A stretch of DNA of 49,154 bases from a virus (lineage: Duplodnaviria; Caudoviricetes): positions 1 to 49,154 of the IMG/VR virus record IMGVR_UViG_3300005764_000024. The stretch is one strand, 5' to 3'. Shown piece by piece: positions 19,253 through 27,339 of this stretch. The notes beneath the pieces are model-generated. The model searched no databases and was not told the origin of the DNA. It saw nothing but the letters and a program-made list of their open reading frames with translations. Position 1 is the stretch's first letter. The number at the start of each line of letters is the position of its first letter. A program made the translations under genes and the position numbers.

Positions 19253-20083
19253 ATGGGTTCGCAGCATTCCACGCTTGCCTGGATTACGCCAGTCCAGGGC
19301 AACAATCCCGGCCAGCCGCCCGTAGTCGGCGGCGGCCCGATCACGCCAGAGCCGCCCGTCGGCACCTGGCCCGGCAGCCCAGGCGGCGGCGGCCCCGTCG
19401 ATCCTGGTTTTGGCATCCCCGGCAGCGTCGATCCCGGCTGGGGGCAAGGGCACCCCATGCCGCCACACGGACCGATCGGCGGCGGCAGCCCGACCGATCC
19501 CGGCTGGAGCGGGGGTGTGGTGGCGCCGCCGCACGTCGGCGGTGGCCCGAGCCATCCGGTGCCTCCGCACCTGGGCGGTGGGCCGATCCCACCGACCCGC
19601 CCGGTCGATCCCGGCTGGGGCAAGCCGGTGCTGCCGATCCCGCCCACGCATCCGCCGGCCGTGACCGCCGGCAAGCCGGGCGGTGTGCCCATCCTGCCCA
19701 TGGACCCGAGCTGGACGCCCCCCACGGCCGCACCGGCGCCCCCGGGAACCTGGGTCACGCTGGACGCCGGCAAAGGTCAGCCGCCGGCCTGGGGATTTAT
19801 TCCCGACCACGCCCCCGACCACGGCCTGGGCGGCCCGATCGTAAGCCCGGCCGCGGGCCAGCCGCAGTACGGCCAGCCGGCGCAGTTCGGTGGAGCGCAA
19901 CCGCCGCAGCCAGGCGGCGGGCAGCCGACCGGCGGCCACTGGGTTCCGGTCGGCACGGCCCAGCCCAAGGGCGGCGCCCCGGCTCCTGGTCCCACGCCGC
20001 CGACGAGCGAGCCGACCTGGGCGTTCGTTCCCGAGATCGGTGCGAGCTACGGCGTCAAGCAACCGACGGCCGGCCCGAAGTAG
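19253..20083 (+). CDS. Pro/Gly-rich disordered repeat protein
   Basis: Repeated [PS][VT]DPG[FW][GS] and PxHP units; RBS GAGG; own downstream terminator. Confidence 0.7.
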   Translation: MGSQHSTLAWITPVQGNNPGQPPVVGGGPITPEPPVGTWPGSPGGGGPVDPGFGIPGSVDPGWGQGHPMPPHGPIGGGSPTDPGWSGGVVAPPHVGGGPSHPVPPHLGGGPIPPTRPVDPGWGKPVLPIPPTHPPAVTAGKPGGVPILPMDPSWTPPTAAPAPPGTWVTLDAGKGQPPAWGFIPDHAPDHGLGGPIVSPAAGQPQYGQPAQFGGAQPPQPGGGQPTGGHWVPVGTAQPKGGAPAPGPTPPTSEPTWAFVPEIGASYGVKQPTAGPK

Positions 20084-20091
20084 TCCTCCGC

Positions 20092-20130
20092 GGAGCCGCT
20101 GGTAGCGACGATCGGCGGCTCCTTGTTTTT
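20092..20130 (+). terminator. Intrinsic terminator
   Basis: GGAGCCGCTGGT...ATCGGCGGCTCC stem (with G-U pairs) followed by TTGTTTTT. Confidence 0.75.
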
Positions 20131-20141
20131 CCTCGCAGCAA

Positions 20142-20669
20142 ATGCCCCCCGCCGACCAGCAGCTCATCGCGCTCCGCAAAGCGAGCCCTCACCAGTGGGG
20201 CGAAGGGAAGGTGCATCGCATCGACCCAAACGAACCCGCGAAGCTGATTTGCGGACGACTGATCCGAGATGTGCCGGGACAAAATTTGGTCGGCATCGAG
20301 GAGGAGATTACCTGCCAGAACTGCCTCCTAAAGAAAATGCGCGAGGCCGAGCGCGAAGTGCGCGAGCAGGAATGGCGAGAGCGGCAACGCCAGTGGCAGC
20401 AGCAGCGCGAACAGGAGAACGCAGAATGGTGGGCGCGCTATCGGGAATACTTGCAGACCCCGCAATGGGCGGAGAAGCGCAAGCTGGTCCTAAGGCGCGC
20501 GTACGGGATCTGCGAAGGCTGTGGCATCCGGCCGGCCGTCCAAGCCCACCACCTCACCTACGACAACCTCGGTAACGAATTCCTGTGGGAGCTGAAAGCA
20601 GTCTGCTTGATCTGCCACGAGCGCTTTCACAACCAGCAGCGTGCGCGCCGGCTACGGCTACGGTCATGA
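20142..20669 (+). CDS. HNH endonuclease-like protein
   Basis: CEGCG...QAHHLTY.NLG.E...EL..VCLICH...H; additional N-terminal Cys/His cluster. Confidence 0.75.
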   Translation: MPPADQQLIALRKASPHQWGEGKVHRIDPNEPAKLICGRLIRDVPGQNLVGIEEEITCQNCLLKKMREAEREVREQEWRERQRQWQQQREQENAEWWARYREYLQTPQWAEKRKLVLRRAYGICEGCGIRPAVQAHHLTYDNLGNEFLWELKAVCLICHERFHNQQRARRLRLRS

Positions 20670-20932
20670 CCCCCACCGAAATCCTCGAACAACTGCGCGA
20701 CGAATACCCGGAGCTCCTCACCGCCGACGGTTTCGACGAAGCCGTGATCGGGCTGGTCGAGGGCGCTGCCCGCGGGCCGGTGATCTGCTACGACTACGAG
20801 CGGTGCGTGGAGATCCTGGTAGGGCAGGGAATGGATCGCGAAGAGGCCGAGGAGCATCTCGACTTCAACACGCTCGGTGCATACGTGGGCGAGTCGACGC
20901 CGCTCTTCCTGCACGACTGGCGGACGCTATGA
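20666..20932 (+). CDS. Conserved acidic phage hypothetical protein
   Basis: ADGFDEAVIG...YDYE.C...L...GM..EEA.E...FN..GAYVGE.TP.F, a recurrent phage family; ATGA coupling. Confidence 0.75.
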   Translation: MTPTEILEQLRDEYPELLTADGFDEAVIGLVEGAARGPVICYDYERCVEILVGQGMDREEAEEHLDFNTLGAYVGESTPLFLHDWRTL

Positions 20933-20944
20933 CGGCTCAAAATC

Positions 20945-21125
20945 TGGGGCAATTTGGGGCAATGAACCCTGAGAACATAGTAAATTCTGTTAGTGCTAGA
21001 AATCAGAAACCAATAACTTGCATGTTATTAGTCAGATGTTAGCGTTCGAATCCCACCCTCACCGCCACTTTAGAATCAACAACTTAGCGAAAATTGACCC
21101 ATTTTTGGGGCAATTTGGGGCAATG
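20945..21125. other. attP-like site: tRNA-Ser 3'-end core, arm-type repeats and IHF-like box
   Basis: Core GTTCGAATCCCACCCTCACCGCCA (21044-67) = T-arm plus acceptor stem and CCA. TGGGGCAATTTGGGGCAATG repeated at 20945-64 and 21106-25. AATCAACAACTTA (21074-86) fits WATCAANNNNTTR. Directly upstream of the integrase. Confidence 0.85.
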
Positions 21126-21142
21126 CGTGCTAGACTTCGGGC

Positions 21143-22441
21143 ATGGCATTGAACCTTTATCGGCGTCACAAACGCGGCACCACCCCGCGAACCAAATGCA
21201 CCGGCGGGCATCCTCCCGACTCGCGCTCGGGCGAGGTGGAAGAGCGCCGAAAAGGATGGAAGCGGTGCGTGTGCCCGATCTTCGCATCGGGCGTTTTTCC
21301 CGATGGAAAGTTCGCACGCAAAAGCACCGAGCAGTCTATCTGGGACGAGGCTCGCAGGGTGGCGAATGGATGGGGAGAAACTGAGCCGCCTCCACCTCCG
21401 CCGACCACAGTACCGACAGACCAACCAACCAACAAGCCGAAAACGACCATCCAGGCGGCAACCGAAGCCTACCTCGCCAACCGGGGCAACCGCGACCTCG
21501 CCGATTCCACGATGCGCAAGTATCGAACCCTGACGACACAGCTCCTCGCCTACGCCGCAGACAAGGGCTACGTCAGAATGGATCAACTCGGGCCAGAACA
21601 GATGGACGAGTTCTACGCCTGCTGGAAAGACGGCATCCGCGCCAAGGCAAAAAAGCTGGAGCGACTTAAAGGCTTTCTGAAATTCTCGAAGAAGCGCAAG
21701 TTCATCACGGAGCATCCGGCCGAAGATCTGGAGCCGCCCATCGGGTCGAGTACGCCGGCAAGCAAGATGCCCCTGATGGATGGCGAGCTGACCAGGATCT
21801 ATGAAATCTGCCGCCAGATCCCAACGGTCGCATGGACCAATGGCGCAATGTCGGGCGAATGGGGCGGCGAGGACGTAGAGACATTCATGATGCTGCTGGC
21901 CTGGACCGGCTTCCGCATTTCCGACGGCGGCCTGTTTGACATGAGCCGCGTTAAACCACATCCAGGCGGCGGCGCAGATATTCTGATCCGCATGATCAAG
22001 ACCGGCAAGTTCAAGTCCGAAGCGCTCTACAGCTGGATTGACGACGATCTCTATGGGCGCCTCCTCGCCCGCGAAAAGAAATTCGGATCGCGCATCTTTA
22101 TCACCGGCAGGTCTACCGAAGTAGCCACGGTCACCGACCTTTGGCGGCGCAAAGTTAACAAGGTATTCGACCTGGCCGGCCCCTACGAATGCGGCAAACC
22201 AACACCGCACATCTTCCGCCACACCTTTGTGCGCCTGCTGCTGGAACGAGGCGTCCCGGTGGAAGACGTAGCTGATCTGATCGGTGACACGCCGGAGATG
22301 GTGCGGAAGCACTACGCGCGCTGGGTGCCGGGACGGCAGCATCGCTTGACCGAAATCCTGCGAGATAAATTGGCCTCGGCGCCCAGGCCAAAGCTGGAAG
22401 TTGTTGGAGGCCGCGGAGGCCGCAAGAGCGCCAGCGCCTAA
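21143..22441 (+). CDS. int: Tyrosine recombinase (phage integrase)
   Basis: Catalytic motifs GFRISD (R), IKTGK (K), HIFRH (HxxR), LIGD, KHYA (Y); Cys/His-rich N-terminal domain; adjacent attP. Confidence 0.92.
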   Translation: MALNLYRRHKRGTTPRTKCTGGHPPDSRSGEVEERRKGWKRCVCPIFASGVFPDGKFARKSTEQSIWDEARRVANGWGETEPPPPPPTTVPTDQPTNKPKTTIQAATEAYLANRGNRDLADSTMRKYRTLTTQLLAYAADKGYVRMDQLGPEQMDEFYACWKDGIRAKAKKLERLKGFLKFSKKRKFITEHPAEDLEPPIGSSTPASKMPLMDGELTRIYEICRQIPTVAWTNGAMSGEWGGEDVETFMMLLAWTGFRISDGGLFDMSRVKPHPGGGADILIRMIKTGKFKSEALYSWIDDDLYGRLLAREKKFGSRIFITGRSTEVATVTDLWRRKVNKVFDLAGPYECGKPTPHIFRHTFVRLLLERGVPVEDVADLIGDTPEMVRKHYARWVPGRQHRLTEILRDKLASAPRPKLEVVGGRGGRKSASA

Positions 22442-22698
22442 GCGACCGAGGAGCGCTGGAGAATGCGATCAACCACTCGCCGCTCGACGCGAATAATCGG
22501 CTTCTTAGTAGCACCGGGCGTGTAGATGCGATGCACGCCCGGCTCCTCGCGAAGCAGATTGTAAGCGGTCGCCAGACTCACGCTTAGCATTAAAGCTGCT
22601 TCCTTTACAGTCAGAAGCGAACTCGGTTCACGAGCCGCTTCGATCGCGGAGCGGAGCGCAGCCTGTCGATCTTCACGTTCTTTCGTACTGCGCAACAT
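22438..22698 (-). CDS. Excisionase-like HTH protein
   Basis: LLTVKEAALMLSVSLATAYNLLREEPGV...IIRV (HTH_17/Xis-type); converges on the integrase; start reassigned to ATG 22698. Confidence 0.7.
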   Translation of the reverse strand: MLRSTKEREDRQAALRSAIEAAREPSSLLTVKEAALMLSVSLATAYNLLREEPGVHRIYTPGATKKPIIRVERRVVDRILQRSSVA

Positions 22699-22954
22699 TA
22701 ACCTTCGTCCCCTGGGCCGGCAGCACATCGCTGCCGGTCCTCTTGCGATACACCCGGCGGGCCACGCTCTCAGGAATGCGCAGTGAGACGTGGACCCGCT
22801 TCCTTCCGTTGTTCAACTTCCCACAGCCAAACTTCAACACCCCGGGCTCCTCCCGAAACCACCCGCGTAGAGTGCGTGCAGACATGCTCCAGGCCTCAGC
22901 CAGCTCGGCCAGGGTGTAATGGCGCTCCAGAAAGTCAGCCTTCTGCTCGGTCAT
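22673..22954 (-). CDS. Second excisionase-like HTH protein
   Basis: ERHYTLAELAEAWSMSARTLRGWFREEPGV...LRIPESVARRVY; shares REEPGV with the neighbouring gene. Confidence 0.72.
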   Translation of the reverse strand: MTEQKADFLERHYTLAELAEAWSMSARTLRGWFREEPGVLKFGCGKLNNGRKRVHVSLRIPESVARRVYRKRTGSDVLPAQGTKVNVAQYERT

Positions 22955-23223
22955 CAATGCGCCACCTCCCCGGGAAGCTCCTTCATCACGTAGCCCAGAT
23001 CGCGGAGCTTCTCCTCGACCCCCGAGAGCGCGTCAGGAAAGCGCGTGTTGGCATGGCCCAGCACCCAGCACAGAACATCGAGCGAGGCCACCACCTGGTC
23101 GACCCAGTCGGAATGCACAATTTCGTCGCGCAGGTCGGGGTTGAGCACGATCGTGGCAAGCGTGTCGTGGGCCTTCTGGATCTCGGCCCAGGTTTTCATC
23201 GGAGGAAAGTAGCGATCAGCCAT
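22954..23223 (-). CDS. Hypothetical protein
   Basis: 89 aa in a tightly coupled operon. Confidence 0.65.
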   Translation of the reverse strand: MADRYFPPMKTWAEIQKAHDTLATIVLNPDLRDEIVHSDWVDQVVASLDVLCWVLGHANTRFPDALSGVEEKLRDLGYVMKELPGEVAH

Positions 23224-23415
23224 TCAGATCTCCTCCAGCGCTCCGCATTCCTTGCAGTGAATCCCCACCACCCGGCGCCACTCCTGGCCGCCATCGGGAG
23301 CGGTCACGCCGGTGCGGTACTCGTTCTCAATGACCTCGGTATTCCAGCTGCCGCACGATCGGCACACGCGCAGGCCTGACTGATCATGCGTGCCTAAGTC
23401 GGGTGCGCCGGCCAT
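23224..23415 (-). CDS. Small zinc-ribbon protein
   Basis: CRSCG...CKECG; abuts both neighbours. Confidence 0.65.
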   Translation of the reverse strand: MAGAPDLGTHDQSGLRVCRSCGSWNTEVIENEYRTGVTAPDGGQEWRRVVGIHCKECGALEEI

Positions 23416-23553
23416 CTAGCCCACCATGGTCGCCAAGGCCCACAGGAACAGCCCGGTCGCGGTCAGGTTGATGCGCGGCGCCTGAACCTCAGCGGCCGCG
23501 AGAAAGAACGCGACCAGCGCCAGAATCATGAGAATGGTTTTGAGCGGGAACAC
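23416..23553 (-). CDS. Small two-helix membrane peptide (~45 aa)
   Basis: GTG start after GGGAGG; ILMILALVAFFLAA and LTATGLFLWALATMV. Confidence 0.55.
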   Translation of the reverse strand: MFPLKTILMILALVAFFLAAAEVQAPRINLTATGLFLWALATMVG

Positions 23554-23716
23554 GATATACCTCCCGGCGCAGCCGGCGATCGAGCACCTGACGGCAGCGC
23601 GTACAGACAAAGCTCTGGTCGAAGATCACGGCCGCCGGGCGCTTGTGGCAGCGCTCACAGCCGGTCTCAAAAGCGAGCAGCGCGGCCTTGAGACGCGCAG
23701 CCTGTAACGCTGTCAT
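23489..23716 (-). CDS. Small zinc-finger hypothetical protein
   Basis: CERCH...VCTRC; ATGA-coupled to the upstream gene. Confidence 0.5.
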   Translation of the reverse strand: MTALQAARLKAALLAFETGCERCHKRPAAVIFDQSFVCTRCRQVLDRRLRREVYRVPAQNHSHDSGAGRVLSRGR

Positions 23717-24168
23717 TGCGGCTTCCCCGCGGGCAGCGCGCGCGAGGCCACAAAGGCCTGGAAGAGCGTCTGGTCGCTGCCGGGCACGGTGACGAAGGCC
23801 AGGAAGGGTTCGGCCGGCGCCATCATGCTGGTGCGGATCATGGCCACCTGCGCCTGGGTCCAGCGGTAGAGATGGCGCCAGGCGATGCGGTGGGCGCGAT
23901 CGAGCAGCTCGGCCTTGCGCTGCTCGCTGAAGAAGCCCTTCTGACGCGCGGCCAGAACTTTGTAGACACCCTCGACGCGCGCCGGCATAGCGAAGTGCGC
24001 CTCCCGGCCATCGATCATCATGCTCCAGGAAAGACCGTAGATCTTGCCCAAGCGGTATTGGGTGGCGACCTGGGTAGCGCCGGCGGTCACCAGCTCGCGT
24101 GTGATCTCGGCCGCGCTGGTCTCGGCCGGCACGGTGGTGGTCTCATTCAGCAGCTTGAGAGCGGGCAT
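23713..24168 (-). CDS. Conserved phage hypothetical protein
   Basis: TTVPAETS..EI...L...GA...F.MPA...A.RIAWR.L..W..AQ.A.I...E.FL, a recurrent phage family. Confidence 0.75.
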   Translation of the reverse strand: MPALKLLNETTTVPAETSAAEITRELVTAGATQVATQYRLGKIYGLSWSMMIDGREAHFAMPARVEGVYKVLAARQKGFFSEQRKAELLDRAHRIAWRHLYRWTQAQVAMIRTSMMAPAEPFLAFVTVPGSDQTLFQAFVASRALPAGKPQ

Positions 24169-24535
24169 GGCACTTCTCCACAGCCTCGTGGTAGATCCTG
24201 AGGCACTGGTTGCAGGTTCCTGCCGGAAACTGGCCGGCCGGCCGACGACGGCGCTTGCTCCTGACTTCGAACAGTTGCTCGTTGCACCAGGCCAGCTTGG
24301 GCGTAGCCAGCGAGACCAGATGCAGGCGCCCCGCGCGATCGCGCGCGGTCTCGATCAGAATCCCCGGGTTTTTGCCCAGAACCTCGACCAGCCGGTCCAT
24401 CTGCTCGACTAGGTACTGCTTGTCGAGGCAGGGCATACAGACGGTGCTCACGGTGTGCGTCGGGCTGCCGCAGCGGATGCAGACGTTCAGATCGCTGAGC
24501 GCGGCGTTGGGCACAGTGAGTCGTGGGTCGGGCAT
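24143..24535 (-). CDS. Cys-rich (zinc-binding) hypothetical protein
   Basis: CIRCG...CMPC, H...WC...CNQC; RBS GAGAGGGGG before ATG 24535. Confidence 0.65.
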   Translation of the reverse strand: MPDPRLTVPNAALSDLNVCIRCGSPTHTVSTVCMPCLDKQYLVEQMDRLVEVLGKNPGILIETARDRAGRLHLVSLATPKLAWCNEQLFEVRSKRRRRPAGQFPAGTCNQCLRIYHEAVEKCHARSQAAE

Positions 24536-24616
24536 ATCCCCCCTCTCTTTCATAAACACTCAAATTGTGCAGAAAGTGAAATTGCTTCCGATGCTACGCT
24601 CGGGGCCGGCCGGAGT

Positions 24617-24684
24617 CAATGGCGAATTTCCTGATAATAGAATTTCGTATGGGCGATTAAAAACAAGCGCGCAGGCCTTATAAT
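24617..24684. promoter_or_regulatory. Degenerate operator plus TATAAT promoter in divergent intergenic region
   Basis: GAATTTCGTAT (24640-50) with weak left arm GGCGAATTTC; TATAAT at 24679-84. Confidence 0.55.
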
Positions 24685-24724
24685 CCGAGTGGGTAATTCC
24701 TTAGCTTCTCTTTCAAGCTCGTTT

Positions 24725-24751
24725 GGCGGCCTGCAATGGGCCGCCTTTTTT
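24725..24751 (+). terminator. Intrinsic terminator upstream of portal
   Basis: GGCGGCC (24725-31) / GGCCGCC (24739-45) stem followed by TTTTTT. Confidence 0.8.
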
Positions 24752-24790
24752 GTACGTCAAATATCCTCGAAAAGCCATTATCATGAGTCC

Positions 24791-27319
24791 ATGATCGACC
24801 GGCCACTCATTACGCCCTTCGGCCAGGCCACGGGTAGCGGCCTGGCCACGGTCGATCTGGGCGCGCCCGATCCGCGGGCTACCTCGTTCGAGAATCCCGA
24901 CGGCTCGGTCGATGTTTACCTCGACGGCCTGGAGGGCGAGGAGCGGTCGCTCGACGACGTGCCCTTCGAGGCCAACCTGGCCGAGGTGCTGGATGAGCAG
25001 ACGCTACAGGCGATCTCGAACGACCTGCGCTTCGCCATCGACGACGACAAGAGCAGCCGGCGCGAGTGGGAGGATGCGCTCACCAAAGGCATGGACCTGC
25101 TCGGCATCAAGGACGAGGACCGCAGCATGCCCTGGCCCGGCGCCTGCGGCGTGGTCCACCCGATGATCCTGGAGGCGGCGGTGCGCTTCCAGAGTAAGAG
25201 CATCACGCGCCTGTTCCCGGCAGAAGGGCCGGCCACCGCCAAGGTGATCGGCGAGAGCAACAACGAGCGCATTGCCCAGGCGAAGCGCGTGGCGGCTGAT
25301 CTCAACTACTGGCTGACCGACAAAATGCCCGAGTACCGGGACGAGATGGAGATGGCGCTCTTTGGCCTGCCCATCGATGGCAGTGCCTTCAAGAAAGTCT
25401 ACTTCGATCCCCTGCTCAAGCGGCCGGCCGCGCAGTACGTGCCAGCCAATGATTTCCTGATGCCGTATGGCTTCCCCAACCTGGAGACGTGCCCCCGGTA
25501 CACGCACGTCATGCGCAAGGCCTATGGCGACATCCTGCAGCTGCAGGAGATCGGCTTTTACCGCAACATCAACCTCAGCCGGTCGCCGGTTGAGATGGAT
25601 CGCCTGGAAGAGAAGATCTCGCGCCTCAGCGGCGTCTCGCCTTCCTACACGCGCAATGAGCTATTGAACCTGTGGGAGTGCACCACCGACCTGGTCTTCG
25701 AAGGCTCGCCGCGCTCCTACGTGGTCACCATGGAGACCGACTCCAACCGCATTCTCTCCATCTACCGCAACTGGCGCCAGGATGATCCCGAGCACAGCAA
25801 GGTACTCTCGTGGGTTCACTTCAAGTACGTGCCCTGGAAAGGTCAGTACGGCCTCGGCCTCATCCATCTGATCGGCGGCATCGGCCACTCTTCCACTTCG
25901 ATCCTGCGCCAGCTGGTCGACGCCGGCACGCTCTCCAATCTGCCGGGCGGCCTGAAGTCGCGGCAGCTGCGCATCAAGGGCGACAACGACCCGATCCAGC
26001 CAGGCGAGTTCCGCGACGTCGACGTGCCGGCCGGCAAGATCCTCGACTCGATCGCGTTCATCCCCTACAAAGAACCGTCGGCGGTGCTATTTCAACTCTT
26101 GCAGATGCTGGTCGACGAGGGCAAAAGCTTCGCTTCGATCGCCGAGCTGGACATCACCACGAGCGCACAGAACGCGCCGGTGGGCACCATGCTGGCCTTG
26201 ATCGAGCGCGCCACCGAAGTCATCGCCGCGGTACAGTCGCGAATGCACATCGCGCTCGGAAGAGAGCTGGCCCTGATCGCCGAGATCATCCGCGACAACA
26301 CGCCGCAGGAGTATGACTACGATCCGCCCAACGGCCTGCCGCGCTCGATCAAACAGGAGGACTACGCACAGAGCGTGAGCATCATTCCAGTGAGCGATCC
26401 GGCCGCGAGCACCATGGCGCAGCGCGTCATGCAATACCAGGCCGCATTGCAACTGAGCAGTCAGGCGCCGCAGCTCTACGACCTGCCGCTCCTGCACCGT
26501 TCAATGGTCGAGGTGCTGGGCATCGACAACGCCGACCAGATCGTGCCCGACAAGACCGCGGCCGAACCCCTCGACCCCGTCGCTGAAAATATGGCGCTGC
26601 TCACCAGTAAGCCCGTGAAGGCCTTCGAGTGGCAGAACCACCAGGCGCACATCCAGGTGCACATGGCGCTGGCCAGCGACCCCAAGGTGCAGCAGGCCAT
26701 GGCGCAGAATCCGCTCGCGCCCTCCATCATGCAGGCCGGCGCCGCCCACATCAACGAGCACCTGGCCTTCGCCTACCGCCAGCAGATCGAGCAGCAGCTG
26801 GGCACGCAGCTGCCGCCGCTCGGCAGCAAGCTTCCGCCCGACGCCGAGGAGCAGCTCTCTAGCTTAGTGGCCAGCGCGGCCCAGAAGGTCCTCCAGCAGA
26901 ACCAGTCCGACGCCCAGCAGCAGAAGCAGCAGCAACAGCAGCAGGACCCGGTCCTGCAGCAGCAGCAGGCGGAGCTGGAGCTGCGCAAACAGGAAGTGCA
27001 GCAGAAGGGCGCCAACGACCAGGCCAAGCTACAGCTCGAAGCCACACGCACCCAGCAGAAGGGACAGATCGAGGCCGCCAGGATCGCCAGCGAAGAGAAG
27101 CGCACGGCCATGCAGATCGAGGCCGAGAGCCTGCGCCACCATTCGAGCGAGATTGCAGAGAGCCACCGCGCGCATACCCAGCAGCACGCCGAGACTACAC
27201 GCCACCTGATGACCACGCGCAACGCGCGCCACAAGATGGATATGGATGCCAACCAGGCGGCGGCCGAGTCGGTGCAGGAAGCGATGACGCCGCCCGCACC
27301 GACCGAGCCTCCAGTCTAA
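24791..27319 (+). CDS. Portal protein (P22-like, with C-terminal Gln-rich barrel)
   Basis: PWPGACGVVHP, GSAFKKVYFD, YGLGLIHLIGG, LRQLVDAGTLSNLPGGLK, GEFRDVD, NAPVGT..AL.E motifs; start reassigned to ATG 24791 because the longer ORF crosses a terminator. Confidence 0.88.
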   Translation: MIDRPLITPFGQATGSGLATVDLGAPDPRATSFENPDGSVDVYLDGLEGEERSLDDVPFEANLAEVLDEQTLQAISNDLRFAIDDDKSSRREWEDALTKGMDLLGIKDEDRSMPWPGACGVVHPMILEAAVRFQSKSITRLFPAEGPATAKVIGESNNERIAQAKRVAADLNYWLTDKMPEYRDEMEMALFGLPIDGSAFKKVYFDPLLKRPAAQYVPANDFLMPYGFPNLETCPRYTHVMRKAYGDILQLQEIGFYRNINLSRSPVEMDRLEEKISRLSGVSPSYTRNELLNLWECTTDLVFEGSPRSYVVTMETDSNRILSIYRNWRQDDPEHSKVLSWVHFKYVPWKGQYGLGLIHLIGGIGHSSTSILRQLVDAGTLSNLPGGLKSRQLRIKGDNDPIQPGEFRDVDVPAGKILDSIAFIPYKEPSAVLFQLLQMLVDEGKSFASIAELDITTSAQNAPVGTMLALIERATEVIAAVQSRMHIALGRELALIAEIIRDNTPQEYDYDPPNGLPRSIKQEDYAQSVSIIPVSDPAASTMAQRVMQYQAALQLSSQAPQLYDLPLLHRSMVEVLGIDNADQIVPDKTAAEPLDPVAENMALLTSKPVKAFEWQNHQAHIQVHMALASDPKVQQAMAQNPLAPSIMQAGAAHINEHLAFAYRQQIEQQLGTQLPPLGSKLPPDAEEQLSSLVASAAQKVLQQNQSDAQQQKQQQQQQDPVLQQQQAELELRKQEVQQKGANDQAKLQLEATRTQQKGQIEAARIASEEKRTAMQIEAESLRHHSSEIAESHRAHTQQHAETTRHLMTTRNARHKMDMDANQAAAESVQEAMTPPAPTEPPV

Positions 27320-27339
27320 GTTACTAAGTGACTAAGTTC
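27316..27339. repeat. Three tandem 8-bp units CTAAGTNN at the portal/MCP convergence
   Basis: CTAAGTTA CTAAGTGA CTAAGTTC. Confidence 0.8.

Noticed and set aside
21044-21067. Full tRNA gene
   Set aside because: Only the T-arm and acceptor 3' strand are present; the upstream sequence cannot form D or anticodon arms.
21059-22342. 427-aa minus-strand ORF opposite the integrase
   Set aside because: Antisense shadow of a gene with complete tyrosine recombinase motifs.
23416-23553. Holin call for the small membrane peptide
   Set aside because: No endolysin or spanin nearby, and it sits in an early-type operon.
24689-24790. Portal start at 24689 as in the ORF track
   Set aside because: The extension is AT-rich and crosses a clear intrinsic terminator; ATG 24791 is more plausible.
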